Shown piece by piece: positions 52,989 to 64,000 of a stretch of 64,000 nt of DNA. The DNA comes from an uncultured bacterium (GTDB lineage: Bacteria > Oederibacteriota > JAAXVQ01 > JAUVAV01). Positions within the stretch are counted from its first letter, which is position 1, and every line of letters begins with the position of its first letter. Both the position numbers and the translations under genes were made by a program. The notes under the pieces were generated by a model, which saw nothing but the letters and a program-made list of their open reading frames with translations, was not told the DNA's origin and searched no databases. The DNA lies in contig CAVQBK010000002.1 of the NCBI GenBank assembly GCA_963710755.1, positions 198,273-262,272 on the forward strand, in the 5' to 3' direction.

Positions 52989-53711
52989 CTAAGTCGCAGC
53001 GGCAATGGCTTCTTTTAAATCCACGGCACCCGTATAAATGGCTTTGCCGATAATGAAGCCGTTGACCCCGTATTGTTCCAAGTTTTTGAGATGATTAATG
53101 TCCTTAATGCTGGAGACGCCGCCTGAGGCAATGATCGGAATATTCACGGCGCAGGCAATGGCTTTGATGCTGCGGAAGTTGGGGCCGGACATTAAGCCGT
53201 CCCGCTTGACATCCGTGTAAATGATCTGCTTGACCCCCGCTTTTTCCAACTCCCGGGCGAATTCAATGGCCGGTTTATTGGTGGTATCCACCCAGCCCCG
53301 CACGGTTACCTTGCCGTCACGTGAATCCAGCCCCACCACAATGCGCGAACTTCCAAATTGTTTCAGGGCTTTTTTCAAAAAGTCTTCGGAAAGGGCGTTG
53401 GTCCCCAGAATGACCCGGCGGATGCCATTATCCAGGATTTCTTTGATCAATTCCAAATCCCGTATGCCGCCACCGAACTGCACCGGAATCTTAACAGCTT
53501 TGGCGATTTGATAAACATATTTTAAATTTTTGGGATCTCCCGTCAAGGCACCGTCCAGGTCCACCACGTGCAGGTACTTGGCTCCCTTAAGTTGCCAAAG
53601 TTTGGCCATGGAAGCCGGTTCCTTGGAATAAACGGTTTCGTCTCTAACCTCGCCGCGAACCAGACGTACACAACGGCCTTTGCGTAAGTCAATTGCTGGG
53701 TATACTTTCAT
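52989..53711 (-). CDS. hisA: ProFAR isomerase
   Basis: [25 protein letters not shown]. Start moved to ATG 53711. Confidence 0.95.
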   Translation of the reverse strand: MKVYPAIDLRKGRCVRLVRGEVRDETVYSKEPASMAKLWQLKGAKYLHVVDLDGALTGDPKNLKYVYQIAKAVKIPVQFGGGIRDLELIKEILDNGIRRVILGTNALSEDFLKKALKQFGSSRIVVGLDSRDGKVTVRGWVDTTNKPAIEFARELEKAGVKQIIYTDVKRDGLMSGPNFRSIKAIACAVNIPIIASGGVSSIKDINHLKNLEQYGVNGFIIGKAIYTGAVDLKEAIAAAT

Positions 53712-53721
53712 GCGTGGTCTC

Positions 53722-54333
53722 CTATACTGACAGTCGTCGCGCAAGATTTTGATAAACCTTGAGCCCTTCTGCTTGACTTTTTTCCGGATGGAACTGCATG
53801 GCGCAAATATTATCGCGGCTGACAGCAGCCGTCACCTCGGTGCCATAATTGGTGGTGGCCAAAACAATGGACTGATCCTGGGGATCACAATAATAGGAAT
53901 GTACAAAATACATGTAGGTCCCCTCCCGAATGCCCTGCATCAAGGCATGTCGTTTTTTAAAGTGCAACTCATTCCACCCCATATGAGGTACGGTCAAGGT
54001 TTTGGGAAAAGGGCGCACCCGCCCCTTAAAAATCCCCAATCCCGCATGGTCTCCAAACTCTTCACTTTTTTCGAAAAGCAATTGCATACCCAGACATATC
54101 CCCAGAAAAGGCTTGCCCGAGAGGGCGCTCTCTTTCAAGGCTTTGGTCAAGCGCATGCGTTGCAAATGCGCCATGGCCATGCCAAAAGCACCCACGCCCG
54201 GCAGAATTACAGCCTGAGCCTGGCGCAGAGCCTGAGCGGTGGACACAATAGTAGCCGCTAAGCCTACGGTTGCACAGGCTTTCTGCACGGAATGTAAATT
54301 GCCCATTTTGTAATCCACAATGGCAACAGTCAT
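53722..54333 (-). CDS. hisH: Imidazole glycerol phosphate synthase glutaminase subunit
   Basis: DY.MGNL.SV, PGVGAF, GICLGMQ, YFVHSY, QFHPEKS. Confidence 0.96.
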   Translation of the reverse strand: MTVAIVDYKMGNLHSVQKACATVGLAATIVSTAQALRQAQAVILPGVGAFGMAMAHLQRMRLTKALKESALSGKPFLGICLGMQLLFEKSEEFGDHAGLGIFKGRVRPFPKTLTVPHMGWNELHFKKRHALMQGIREGTYMYFVHSYYCDPQDQSIVLATTNYGTEVTAAVSRDNICAMQFHPEKSQAEGLKVYQNLARRLSV

Positions 54334-54451
54334 GGTTGACGCCGTTTCCTTTTCGGTTTAGTTAGTCCTGGTTGCGAAAAGACTATTTTTATTCATCGAC
54401 GATCATGGCGGTGCTCCAGTCCTTGAGCGGCATTGAAAAAAACTATTTTTT

Positions 54452-54473
54452 GGGTACAGGCATGCCTGTACCC
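54452..54473. repeat. REP-like perfect palindrome
   Basis: GGGTACAGGCATGCCTGTACCC shares the GGCATGCC core with 32037-32064. Confidence 0.6.
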
Positions 54474-54582
54474 ACACAACCAAGTGGCTGCCGTTGGCCC
54501 AAGGGCATGGTCGCAAACCTTGCATGTCGCTTAAGCTAAAATGGCCTTTCCACTACAAGAGCTGGTTAGCGAGCACCGATGA

Positions 54583-55182
54583 TCAAATTATACCCTTGGT
54601 GCTGGGGATACCTTTTTCCCGCGGGTCATTGGACAAAGCCTGGCGCAGGGCCCGTCCCAGCCCTTTGAAAGCCGCTTCCACCAAGTGATGGGTATTGCCG
54701 CCGGCTTGTTGCACGATGTGCAAGGTCAACCCCATGCTGTTGGCCAGGGCTCTAAAAAACTCTACTGCCAGTTCCGTATCAAATGCATTAAGCCGTTTCT
54801 GCCTCAACTTCAGCCCATAAGCAAGAAACGGACGGCCTGAAATATCCACGGCCACCTGAACCAGAGATTCGTCCATGGGAATGAGCGCCCAACCGTAGCG
54901 ATTAATACCTTTCTTGTTGCCCAAGGCTTGGTTAAGGGCCTGCCCCAAGGCGAGTCCCAAATCTTCCACCAAATGATGCTGATCTACTTCCAGATCACCT
55001 TTGGCCTTGATGACGAGGTCCATTTTCCCATGCGCTGCCAGGAGCGTCAACATGTGTTCCAGAAAAGGGATCCCTGTTTCCAAACGGGCCTGCCCCTGGC
55101 CGTCCAGGTTAACCGTCAGGGCAATGGTGGTTTCCTTGGTTTCCCGTTTAAGTTGTGAACGCCGTTTTTTAGGTCCAGCCAT
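54583..55182 (-). CDS. hisB: Imidazoleglycerol-phosphate dehydratase
   Basis: RETKET, FLEHML, DQHHLVED, PMDE, NTHH.VEA.FK, PSTKG. Confidence 0.96.
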   Translation of the reverse strand: MAGPKKRRSQLKRETKETTIALTVNLDGQGQARLETGIPFLEHMLTLLAAHGKMDLVIKAKGDLEVDQHHLVEDLGLALGQALNQALGNKKGINRYGWALIPMDESLVQVAVDISGRPFLAYGLKLRQKRLNAFDTELAVEFFRALANSMGLTLHIVQQAGGNTHHLVEAAFKGLGRALRQALSNDPREKGIPSTKGII

Positions 55183-55218
55183 GTTATCCTCCTTGAGGCC
55201 CCTGACATGAGGCCGCTG

Positions 55219-56313
55219 CTAAAAATGTTCCCTAGCCGTGACCTGGCGCATAACCGCCAGCAGCTGTTGGTTATCTTCAGGCCGACCTATGGTAATGCGC
55301 AGGCAGTTTTGTAAACGTGCGTCACCGCTGAACCCACGAACCGCAATATCCGCTTGCGCGCAGGCAGCCTTTAGAGCCCCAGCCTGGGCATGTTCGATCA
55401 GTATAAAATTGGCCTGACTGGGATATACGGTGATTCCCGGGCAAGCGGCCAGTTGGGCACTCATCACCTGGCGCTCGGTTTTTATCAATTCAGCCTGCTG
55501 GCGCCAATGATCTTCATGCGCCAGCACCTGCGTGGCGGCAACTTGCACCAGGCGGTCAACATTATAGGGTAATCGGACACGCTCAAGCAGATCCACCACT
55601 ATCGGATGGGCTACCAGGTAACCTAGTCGCAAACCGGCTAAAGAAAAGGATTTGGAAAAAGTGTGCAGGATGACCACTTGGGGATGATCTGCCAAGAGGG
55701 GCTTATAGGATTGAACGGAAAACAAGCGGTACGCTTCGTCAATTACCACCAAGCCTTGTGAAACCCGGCAGAGCGCGTTCAATTGCTCCAGCGGATAGGC
55801 CATGCCTGTGGGATTGTTAGGCGCGGCTATAAAGGTAAGCCGAGCGTCTTGCTGCCGGCAAGCTGCCAGCAGGGCGTCCATGGGCAAACCCCAGTCATTC
55901 TCGAGGGGTACGTCCTGAACCCGGCCGCCGGCTGCCAGGGTCAAGAGACGGTACATGCTAAAGGTGGGCGTAGGACATACCGTAGTCGTACCGGGTCCGC
56001 CAAAAACAGTCAACAAGTCCCGGATGAGCTCGTCTGACCCATTACCTACCACCACCTGGCCTGGATCAACACCTTCAAAAGCAGCAATGGCTTGCTTCAA
56101 GACCTTGCAATCCGGATCAGGGTAGCGTTGCCATGGTTCCTGGGACATGGCGGTTAGAATGGGCGCTTTAAAAGCTTGCGGCACATCAAAAGGACTTTCA
56201 TTGGCATCCAATCTTATGGTTGGTCCAGCGGCCTCCGGCTGATAAGGTTCAAGGGCTCTGATCTCAGGTCTGGCCCAATCTAACACCCTTTCCAGGTTAG
56301 GCTCCTTCATCAT
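55219..56313 (-). CDS. hisC: Histidinol-phosphate aminotransferase
   Basis: LDANE, RYPD, GNGSDE, PNNPTG, DEAY, TFSK...LAGLRLG. Confidence 0.95.
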   Translation of the reverse strand: MMKEPNLERVLDWARPEIRALEPYQPEAAGPTIRLDANESPFDVPQAFKAPILTAMSQEPWQRYPDPDCKVLKQAIAAFEGVDPGQVVVGNGSDELIRDLLTVFGGPGTTTVCPTPTFSMYRLLTLAAGGRVQDVPLENDWGLPMDALLAACRQQDARLTFIAAPNNPTGMAYPLEQLNALCRVSQGLVVIDEAYRLFSVQSYKPLLADHPQVVILHTFSKSFSLAGLRLGYLVAHPIVVDLLERVRLPYNVDRLVQVAATQVLAHEDHWRQQAELIKTERQVMSAQLAACPGITVYPSQANFILIEHAQAGALKAACAQADIAVRGFSGDARLQNCLRITIGRPEDNQQLLAVMRQVTAREHF

Positions 56314-56360
56314 TGCTTAAACTCCTTATATCTATAGTGTTACTTGTGGCCCAACCAGGA

Positions 56361-57695
56361 TCAAGGTTTGAGTCGCTGCTTGATGGATTGTGCATGCGCA
56401 ATAAGGCCTTCGGTGGTGGCAATGGCCACAGCCCCGGGTCCTTCCTGAGCCATGCCTTGTGGCGTATATTCAACAATACTGGTATAGCGTTCAAAATCGC
56501 GAACCGACAGAGGTGACGCCCAGGCCGTGGTACCGCCTGTGGGCAATACATGATTGGGGCCGGCCGTATAATCCCCCATGGCTTGGGCCGTGCTAGACCC
56601 CAAAAAAATGGCCCCGGCTTTGCGAATTTTGTTGAGGATCTGACGAGGTGCTTTTAGCTGTAAAGAAAGGTGTTCCGGTCCATAAGCATCCGCCAGGGCA
56701 GCAGCTTCTTCCAGAGATTTGACCACAACGGTGGTACAAGCCTGATAGGCACCGTTCAATATTGGATTGGCCTTTACCAAATTTTGTGCGGCTGCCTGAG
56801 TGTTTTTTACCAGGCGGTCCGAGGTGCTGATCAACACGGCCACGGAACCTGAACCGTGTTCTCCCTGAGCCAATAAATCCCAGGCCAACTGTTCTGGCTT
56901 GGCCGTGCTATCAGCAATAATTACAATTTCACTTGGTCCTGCCAGCCCGTCAATGCCCACTTGCCCCACAACTTGCCTTTTGGCTTCAGTGCCAAAAATA
57001 TTGGCAGGCCCAACGATTTTATTTACCTTGGGTACACTGGCCGTGCCATAAGCCAGAGCAGCAATAGCCGGTGCGCCGCCCATCCGAAAGATTGTCGTCA
57101 CCCCGGCCAAATTGGCGGCAACCACAATAGCCGGTAACAATTGCCCTTCCCGGTCGGGAGGGGTGGCCATATAAATTTCTTTAACGCCGGCCACTTTGGC
57201 CGGCAAAGCGTTCATCAACACCGTGGAAACCAATGGTGCATTGCCGCCCGGCACATAAATCCCCACGCAGTCCAGGGGCATACGCCGTTCCGAAAGTTTT
57301 ACCCCCGGCCGGTTGATGGTGGCATATTTAACATTCAATTGGGCTTCGTGAAATTGCCGGATATGAACAGCGGCTTCTTTTAATGCTTGTTTCAGCGCAG
57401 GAGGAACCTGCTTTTCCGCCCGCTCCCTTTCCTGATCGGAGACAATTAAAGTAAACCGCCGGGGTGCCACGCCGTCCAACAGCACTTCATAACGTTTAAT
57501 GGCCTCATCCCCTTTTTTACGCACCTGCTCCAACATAAGCGTCACGGCCTCACGGGCACAGACGGGCTTGCCAAACACTTTTTTGGTCAAAACATCACGG
57601 CGGACCAGAAGAGGATCAGCCAGACCGGTCCGGCGTCTCAAGAGTTGCTGCCAATGTTTTTGCCCCGCCGGGGTTTTCAAAGAAATAGATTGCAT
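56361..57695 (-). CDS. hisD: Histidinol dehydrogenase
   Basis: YVPGG, AGPSE, Q.EH, PEHL, GDY.AGPNHVLPT. Start moved to ATG 57695. Confidence 0.95.
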   Translation of the reverse strand: MQSISLKTPAGQKHWQQLLRRRTGLADPLLVRRDVLTKKVFGKPVCAREAVTLMLEQVRKKGDEAIKRYEVLLDGVAPRRFTLIVSDQERERAEKQVPPALKQALKEAAVHIRQFHEAQLNVKYATINRPGVKLSERRMPLDCVGIYVPGGNAPLVSTVLMNALPAKVAGVKEIYMATPPDREGQLLPAIVVAANLAGVTTIFRMGGAPAIAALAYGTASVPKVNKIVGPANIFGTEAKRQVVGQVGIDGLAGPSEIVIIADSTAKPEQLAWDLLAQGEHGSGSVAVLISTSDRLVKNTQAAAQNLVKANPILNGAYQACTTVVVKSLEEAAALADAYGPEHLSLQLKAPRQILNKIRKAGAIFLGSSTAQAMGDYTAGPNHVLPTGGTTAWASPLSVRDFERYTSIVEYTPQGMAQEGPGAVAIATTEGLIAHAQSIKQRLKP

Positions 57696-57874
57696 GCAAT
57701 AACCTTTCACTTGCCTGGTTGGTGAGCTGAGAATAACCGGTAACCGCAGACCGCAGAAGACCCGGGCCAAGACCATGGGTTGTGCCGAAAAAAATAAGAC
57801 CGCTATCATAACATGGGGCTAGAGGCGGAGCAAGAGCTAATGCATCGAACGCCCCCCCCTTTACGGGTACCCGG

Positions 57875-58215
57875 CTAGGCACTATACCAGTCTTGTTCAA
57901 ACTGATCCAGCATTTGGTGCACAAGTGCTTTGCCCTCGAGATGGAGCATACCCTCATGGTGGAGGGTCTGACCCCAGTAAGTCCAGTTACAGCTTCCAAA
58001 CAACAAGCGGCCATGGTCCACCTCGGCTGCTTTCAAGTGCATGATTGGGTTGGGTCTGGATGGGATATAATATAAGACGTACGGTCACACCACGCTTACA
58101 GGCTCTGCGCAAAGCGGCCGTAAGGCGGCGGTCGGTTAATTTGTAGAGTTCCAGTTTATAGTTTGGGTGCTGTGTTCAAGTCAAGATTTTATAGTAGGCT
58201 GGATTTCATGATCAA
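57875..58215 (-). pseudogene. Phospholipase D / Nuc-family (HKD) pseudogene
   Basis: Manual translation gives ..TIKLELYKLTDRRLTAALRRACKRGVTVRLIL.. [frameshift/deletion] MHLKAAEVDHGRLLFGSCNWT...HE....QFEQDW*, i.e. HxKxxxxD plus GSxN. It carries a stop and frameshifts. Confidence 0.75.
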
Positions 58216-58283
58216 AAACTAAATTACCAGGCTCAGGCTCTGCCCGGACCAAGGAAAAACCTGAACTTCGGAGGGCCACTTGC

Positions 58284-59543
58284 TCAACCTTTTATCCTTT
58301 CAATGCCGGCGCCCAGAGCAGTTAATTTGTCCTCCAGATGCTCATAGCCCCGGTCTAGATGATAAATTCTGGATACAATGGTATCACCTTCCGCTACCAA
58401 GGCTGCCAAAATCAAGGCCGCTGAAGCTCGTAAATCCGAGGCCATGACCTGGGCACCCGAAAGGGGCGTCCCCCCACGGACCAAGGCATTGGTGCCCTCA
58501 ATCTGGATATCAGCATCCATACGGTTCAATTCTGCCACATGCATGAATCGGTTTTCCCAGACGGTTTCCGAGATAACTGAGCGGCCATGAGCAAGACACA
58601 TGGCAGCCATCCACTGGGCCTGCAGATCGGTTGGAAAACCTGGATAAGGAAGGGTGACAATATCCACCGGCTTGAGCCGGTCATTGCCTGTAATGGCCAT
58701 GGTCTGCTCATCCAGAGCCTGTACGGTGATACCGGCTTCCGCCATTTTTCGTTCCAAAGCCACCAGATGGTTAACCGGATAACCCTCAATCACAGCTTGG
58801 CCTTTGGTCATGGCCACCGCCAGCGCCAGGGTCCCCGCTTCAATGCGGTCATTAATCACCGAAAAGGATACCGACGACAAACGGGACACACCTTCAATGG
58901 TAATGCGGTTAGACCCAGCCCCTGCTATCCTGGCCCCCATTTTATTTAAAAAATCAGCCAAGTTGACAATCTCCGGTTCACAGGCTGCGTGATCCAAAAT
59001 AGTAACACCTTGGGCTAGTACGGCGGCGAGCAAAATATTCACGGTTGCACCCACACTGGCCACATCCAGATAGATAGGCGCGCCCTTCAGACCGTGCTTG
59101 GCCTGGGCATGGATATAGCCATGTTCCACCTTAATAACCGCGCCCAAAGCTTCCAGGCCCTTCAAGTGCTGATCTACCGGCCGCAGGCCGATGGCACAAC
59201 CACCGGGCAAGGCTACCTTGGCTTCACGAAATTTGGCTAATAGCGGTGCCAGGACATAAATGGAGGCCCGCATGGTGCTGACTAATTCATAGGGTGCAGG
59301 CATGCAGGTAAATCCGCTGGGATCCACCAAGACTTGGTTGCCGGTCATGGCAGCTTTTGCGCCCAACAGCTCGATCATTTGGCACATGGTCTTGATGTCG
59401 CGTACTTGGGGGACATTACTTAGTTGACACGGTCCGTCCGCCAACAAACAGGCTGCCAGAACAGGCAGGGAAGCATTTTTGGAACCACTGACCGCCACGC
59501 GGCCATGCAGTCTTCTGCCTCCGGTAATACGCATTTTATCCAT
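58284..59543 (-). CDS. murA: UDP-N-acetylglucosamine 1-carboxyvinyltransferase
   Basis: SGSKNA, MRAS, PGGCAIG.RPVDQH, DRIEAGT, PGFPTDLQ, DLRA, RGYE. Confidence 0.97.
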   Translation of the reverse strand: MDKMRITGGRRLHGRVAVSGSKNASLPVLAACLLADGPCQLSNVPQVRDIKTMCQMIELLGAKAAMTGNQVLVDPSGFTCMPAPYELVSTMRASIYVLAPLLAKFREAKVALPGGCAIGLRPVDQHLKGLEALGAVIKVEHGYIHAQAKHGLKGAPIYLDVASVGATVNILLAAVLAQGVTILDHAACEPEIVNLADFLNKMGARIAGAGSNRITIEGVSRLSSVSFSVINDRIEAGTLALAVAMTKGQAVIEGYPVNHLVALERKMAEAGITVQALDEQTMAITGNDRLKPVDIVTLPYPGFPTDLQAQWMAAMCLAHGRSVISETVWENRFMHVAELNRMDADIQIEGTNALVRGGTPLSGAQVMASDLRASAALILAALVAEGDTIVSRIYHLDRGYEHLEDKLTALGAGIERIKG

Positions 59544-59638
59544 ACCGCCAATACTCCTTTAAATCAACTAAGCCGGCCAAGCCGGAAATAAAGTAAAGCA
59601 ACACGCCTCTGCGGCTAATTGAATCTTTCTATTCGTTT

Positions 59639-59664
59639 GTAGGGAGCGGTCGCGACTGCTCCCA
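59639..59664. repeat. REP-like imperfect palindrome
   Basis: GTAGGGAGCGGTCGCGACTGCTCCC, with a GTAG start. Confidence 0.5.
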
Positions 59665-59727
59665 TAATAGGGGCCGAAGTCATGGTACACAAATCAGTGC
59701 AGTATACCATGAAGTCAAGGACGTCTT

Positions 59728-59773
59728 AAAAACAAAAAAAGCCCCTGCCAACGAACCAGGTTGGCAGGGGCTT
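59728..59773 (-). terminator. Rho-independent terminator
   Basis: Minus strand AAGCCCCTGCCAAC-CTGGTTC-GTTGGCAGGGGC-TTTTTTTGTTTTT, just after the large gene's stop. Confidence 0.88.
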
Positions 59774-59794
59774 GCGGTTTATTATTCCGAGCGC

Positions 59795-62700
59795 TTACTC
59801 TATATCCACTCCTTTTAACAACACCTTGTTATCCAGGCGAGTGCCATCCATGCGGGGATCGCCAAAGAGTTCCTTGGTCAGCTCAAAGAACATGGTTTTC
59901 TGGGAAATGTCATCTTCCTGAGCGGTTTTCTTGTAGCGGTTGGCGTCTTTACCCAGGGCGGATACCAATTTTCCGGTGCCGTCATACTTCAAGGTGGTTT
60001 CAGCGCCGTCACGATCGGTATTCTTCTGGGTAATGGCCACCACCTTGTTATTGCTGTCCGTCAAATAGTCATACTCGCTGGTGCTGCCATCCGCTTTTTC
60101 TTTCTTCACCATGCGGTTGTTCTTGTAACTGCATTTTTCTGCAATGTTGCCGGCCTGATTGTAATGGGTAACCTGGAAGGTATCACTGCTGGCATCCGAA
60201 TAGTGATAAACGCTTTTTTGGTCATCCCGTTCAATCTTAAGTACTCGCCCTTGGACGTCATAGTCCACCGTTTGGCTGCCATTGCGCGAGCGTTCATTCA
60301 TGGTGATTTTTGCCACTTGGCCTTGTTTATCGGCCTGGTAGGTGTAGGTACGGGTCCGGCCGGCCACATTTTCCGACAGCAGCTGGCCCTGGTTGTTGTA
60401 GTGGAGCACGCTGACTTGCCCCCCGGCGCCCTCCACTTTTTCTGTTAATCCCGAAGCTTCATAATTGTAGTGGTGCTTGGCCCCCGTTTTATCCACGGCT
60501 TCCACCACTTGCCCTTTTTCATCCTTCTTGATCTCTTTAGCTTCCTGCAATTCCAGGGCCATCTTGGCCGCCAGTTTGATTTCGTTTGGAAGGGTATCCT
60601 GCTGATCAGACATGGCCACTTTCAGTTCGTCGAGCACCGCCTGATTGTCCACGGTCACGGCCACCAGTTTGCCCACCAGAGAATTATGGTACTGGGGACC
60701 AAAGATTTCCTTGAAGAGCCCAATCAAGCGTTTGAGAATATCCGTATTGCTGGCACCTTCCAAGGCCTGACTTATGGCTTTGCGACCAAGCAACTTGGTT
60801 ACCTGATCGATAAAGGCCGCAATATCCTTGACGGACTTGATCTTGGCAAAGGCTTTCTCCAAGTCGGTCTTGTCCTTGCCCGAGACTTGAGTCCTATCCG
60901 CAACCTTGCCGCCCTCATCAACCATCTTCGTCGCCGTTGTTTTAGCCTCTGCCTTACCAGCGGTTGCCTGGCTGGGATTGTCCTTGCCCGGCTGAACCAT
61001 GGCGCTGGCCGCAGTCACCACATCTTCGCCACTGTTGACAACTGCCTTAACGGCCTTGGCAACGGTTTTGCCCAAGCTAATACCAATAGCTTTGTTGCTG
61101 CTGGCTGCGTAAACCCGGCTGTTACCTTGATAGCTGTCGCGCGACCCAATGGGCGCCTGATCGGCTACTTCCACGCCAGTGGGATTCAGGGTTTCTTCAT
61201 ATTTTTTGTCCGTCTTGGTGCCCGTCTCCGACCAATCCCAGCCATCACCGGACTTGGAATAAGTCACTTTCTCAATGGTCCATTCGGTGCTGTAAATGGG
61301 GTAGGTATGGGTCACTTGTTGAGTTACTCTATTGCCATCGTCATCAACAACGGCATTGCCATCCTCATCATAAACGTATTCCGTGGTGGTGTAACTGCCG
61401 GTGCCTACCTGCACTTGTCTGGAACTCTTAATGGCTGTGGTGTAGCCGCAGTCAGAACCACCGTAGTATACATCATTGATATTGGCCATATTCCTCTTGT
61501 CATAGGTGGCCGGGCTGGAATTTTGCGTCACCGTATAAGTCGTGCTGCTGCTGGTCGGTTTGTAGCGGTCTTTCTTGACGAAATCGGACTCCTTGAAGTT
61601 GATGTTGTTCAGTTCAATTTCCGTGGAGCCGTCGGCATTGATGGTGATCTTCACATCAGCCTTGTCGCTCACATCTTCCGTGGTAAAGGCATCCTGTTTT
61701 TTCTCACCCAGGGTTTGCTGCGTGGCCGTGGATCCGGGCGCACTCCAGGTCCAGGTTTCCTTCTCCGTGTTTTTCTCCCCCAGCAACTCTTTGATGAAGT
61801 CATAGGCTTGGTCTTTGGGCATGGTAAAGGTGTTGCTGGTGCTGCCGTCCAAGGTGGCCTGCTTGGCTTCCAGATTGCCGCCCTTGAAGTAGAAACCATA
61901 AGTGTCGTAATTCATGCTGCCGGTCCAGGTCACACCTTTTTTATCGGTAAAGCTTTCATCCGCTTGGGTGACAAATCCTTTCGCTGTTTTGGCGGTTGGA
62001 GAGTAGGTATGGACCACGCCCAGACTGTCCTTCCATTCTTTCAGATTGAACTGGGCATCGTATTTGGATGTACCTTGATCGTTGGTGCCTTGGATGGCTT
62101 CCAGCTTATCGCCGGTATAAGTGTAGGTGAAGTCACCCATGTCACCGCTGGTACTGGTCCGCTTCTTACTCGTAGGATCCCAGGTGGTAACACCCTTATC
62201 ATCACTGCTTTCCAGGATATCGTTAGCGCCGCCGAATTTGTAGGAAGTGGCCACTCCGTCTTCTCTGCTTCCGCTGGCGGCGGTCAGATAAGTACCGTCA
62301 TTCTGATAGGTAATGGTTTCGTCCAGGCTGTTGCTGTTTTTCATGCTGCGGGATGTCATAATGCCGGACTTGGTGTAGCTTTCCGTACCGCTGCCATTAT
62401 GAATACCATCAAGATTAGAATAGGTGATGTTGGCCGATTGATGGAACTTGACATTGTCTCCCCCATCATCCGCATATTCCCAAAGGGTGGTAGCACCGCC
62501 CTTGTCCACCCTCTGTTTGCCCAGCATATTAATCTGATCATAACCGCCGCCGGTGTACAGCATCTGCTCGCTGCCTTTGCTGTCGCTGGCCACGGCGGAT
62601 ACCGGCCCTTCCTCACCCAGGGTATACACCACATGTTGACTGGAGTAGTATTGTTTATCCAGGTAGTTGACGGTTTCTTCCTGGTAGAGATACTTCCGGT

Positions 62701-64000
62701 CCTGGTTATTGTCAATGGCTTTCAAACCGGTCCTTTCCGCAGTCATCACACTACCAATCTGAACAGACTCGCTGACCGGAAGATCGTCGCCGCTGCTGCC
62801 GGCTGCGGAAGCGATCACCCCGCCGCCGCCAGGATTGTAGGTAATGATATGTTCCTGGGCTCTTTCCGGCCAGTCATACATTTGCGTCATGCTCTTGTTT
62901 TCCACACCATTGACATCATAGTAAATAATCTTATATTCCGAGTTGGCAATGGGATAGCGTTCTTCTTTTTTCAATAAGCCAGTCCAGTTGTTGACCGTGT
63001 ATACACTCTTGTACATTTCGGTCTTGCGTTTCTTGCCCACTTTTTTATCATGCGCGGTCAAAGCATCCACAGCCCGGCCGTTATAATCGTTATTACTGAT
63101 TTTCTGATAATTGTTTTTACCGGTAGTGTAAGTCTGCAGCAATTGGTTGGTATTGGTATCTACACTTCGCGTCACCGTATAGGTGGTGGCATCATCCTTG
63201 GCACTGTAACTGGTGGTACTCTTGATAAAGCCACAATTACCATCGTACGTGCTGCTGCTTCTATCACCATTGCATTTGTAGGTGGTGCTGGCGAGCACTT
63301 GCCCGGTGTTGGAATCCACTTGGTAATTGCCGGTACGCGTGCTCTGATCACCATTGGCACCGTATACATTGGACGTACGGGTTTCACGGGGACGGCCGTT
63401 CTCATCCTGCACCACTTGGGAGGTGCTGATTTCGCTGTACGTACTCATCACCGCCGGTACGCCGTTAAAGTGTACGGACTGTACATAGGTGGTTTCAATT
63501 TTATTGCCGTCAGCCGGCCCGAAGAACGATTCTTTTTCCTGGTAAAGCGCACCTGAACCAGGCAGCGATTTGCCGGTATTGGAGGCCGAAGCGCTGGTAT
63601 TTCCGGGCAGCCATTCTCATCGAAATGGCTGTAGTACCGGTTCAGGTTATTGATGGAATAGGTTTCACGCTTGATGCCGGTCTTGATATTGTAGTTGGTG
63701 GTGTAGGTAGTAGTATCTGCGCCCATACCCCGGTCCGTAATTGCTGTTGTTAACAGAAGTCACTTCCACACCTCGGGCATCATACCAGGTCTGGGTGCTG
63801 CCCATTTGGTTGTAGGAATAAGTATACTGTTTGTTGCCATTGTAGGTGTTATTTACAATTTGGCTGGTAATGGTCTCCCGGGAATAGTAGGCGCCGGTGC
63901 TGTTCACGGTTTTCATGGATGTCGGCAGCCCGTAGCTCATATCATACTCGGTAGTGGTGGTGGAGAACTGTGCGCCATTCATGCGGGAATAGGAACTGGC
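59795..64000 (-). CDS. Very large Thr/Ser/Tyr-rich YD-repeat-like protein (5' end outside the window; two frameshifts near 63605 and 63725)
   Basis: Three consecutive ORFs of the same composition. Degenerate YD repeats (YDARG, YDVNG, YNNQGQL, YDVQGRV, YDGTGKL). Confidence 0.72.

Noticed and set aside
60470-62977. 835-aa plus-strand ORF
   Set aside because: Antisense shadow of the YD-like gene. It has no motifs, and its composition is explained by the codon bias of the real strand.

Overview
A chromosomal window from a diderm (LPS-making), probably anaerobic or fermentative bacterium, with most genes on the minus strand. From left to right: rpoC (partial) and rpoB; pflA-pflB under a ZTP (pfl) riboswitch; a ~21 kb lipid A/core LPS region (gnnA-like, lpxB, waaA, lpxK, five GT9 domains, two GT2, one GT4, a deacetylase, and a WaaL/Wzy-GT9 fusion). 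Inserted in the LPS region is a five-gene ACP / Lnt-like acyltransferase / FabZ-like / KS / inactive KS cassette, the best candidate for an undescribed system. Next comes a ~10 kb accessory island (29.4-39.7 kb) bracketed by two decayed MNT-HEPN pairs. It is built from two tandem, diverged units of [secreted protein with a T9SS-like C-terminal domain - tail-collar fibre protein - GT-C glycosyltransferase - Fic operator]. The rest holds hflX, a nine-FN3 secreted protein, an IS256 remnant, suhB, trpGE, hisIFAHBCD, a phospholipase D pseudogene where hisG is often found, murA, and the 3' part of a giant YD-repeat-like gene. Several single-base frameshifts may be sequencing or assembly errors. I saw no rRNA, tRNA or CRISPR array. 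All family calls come from reading motifs by eye, not from database searches.
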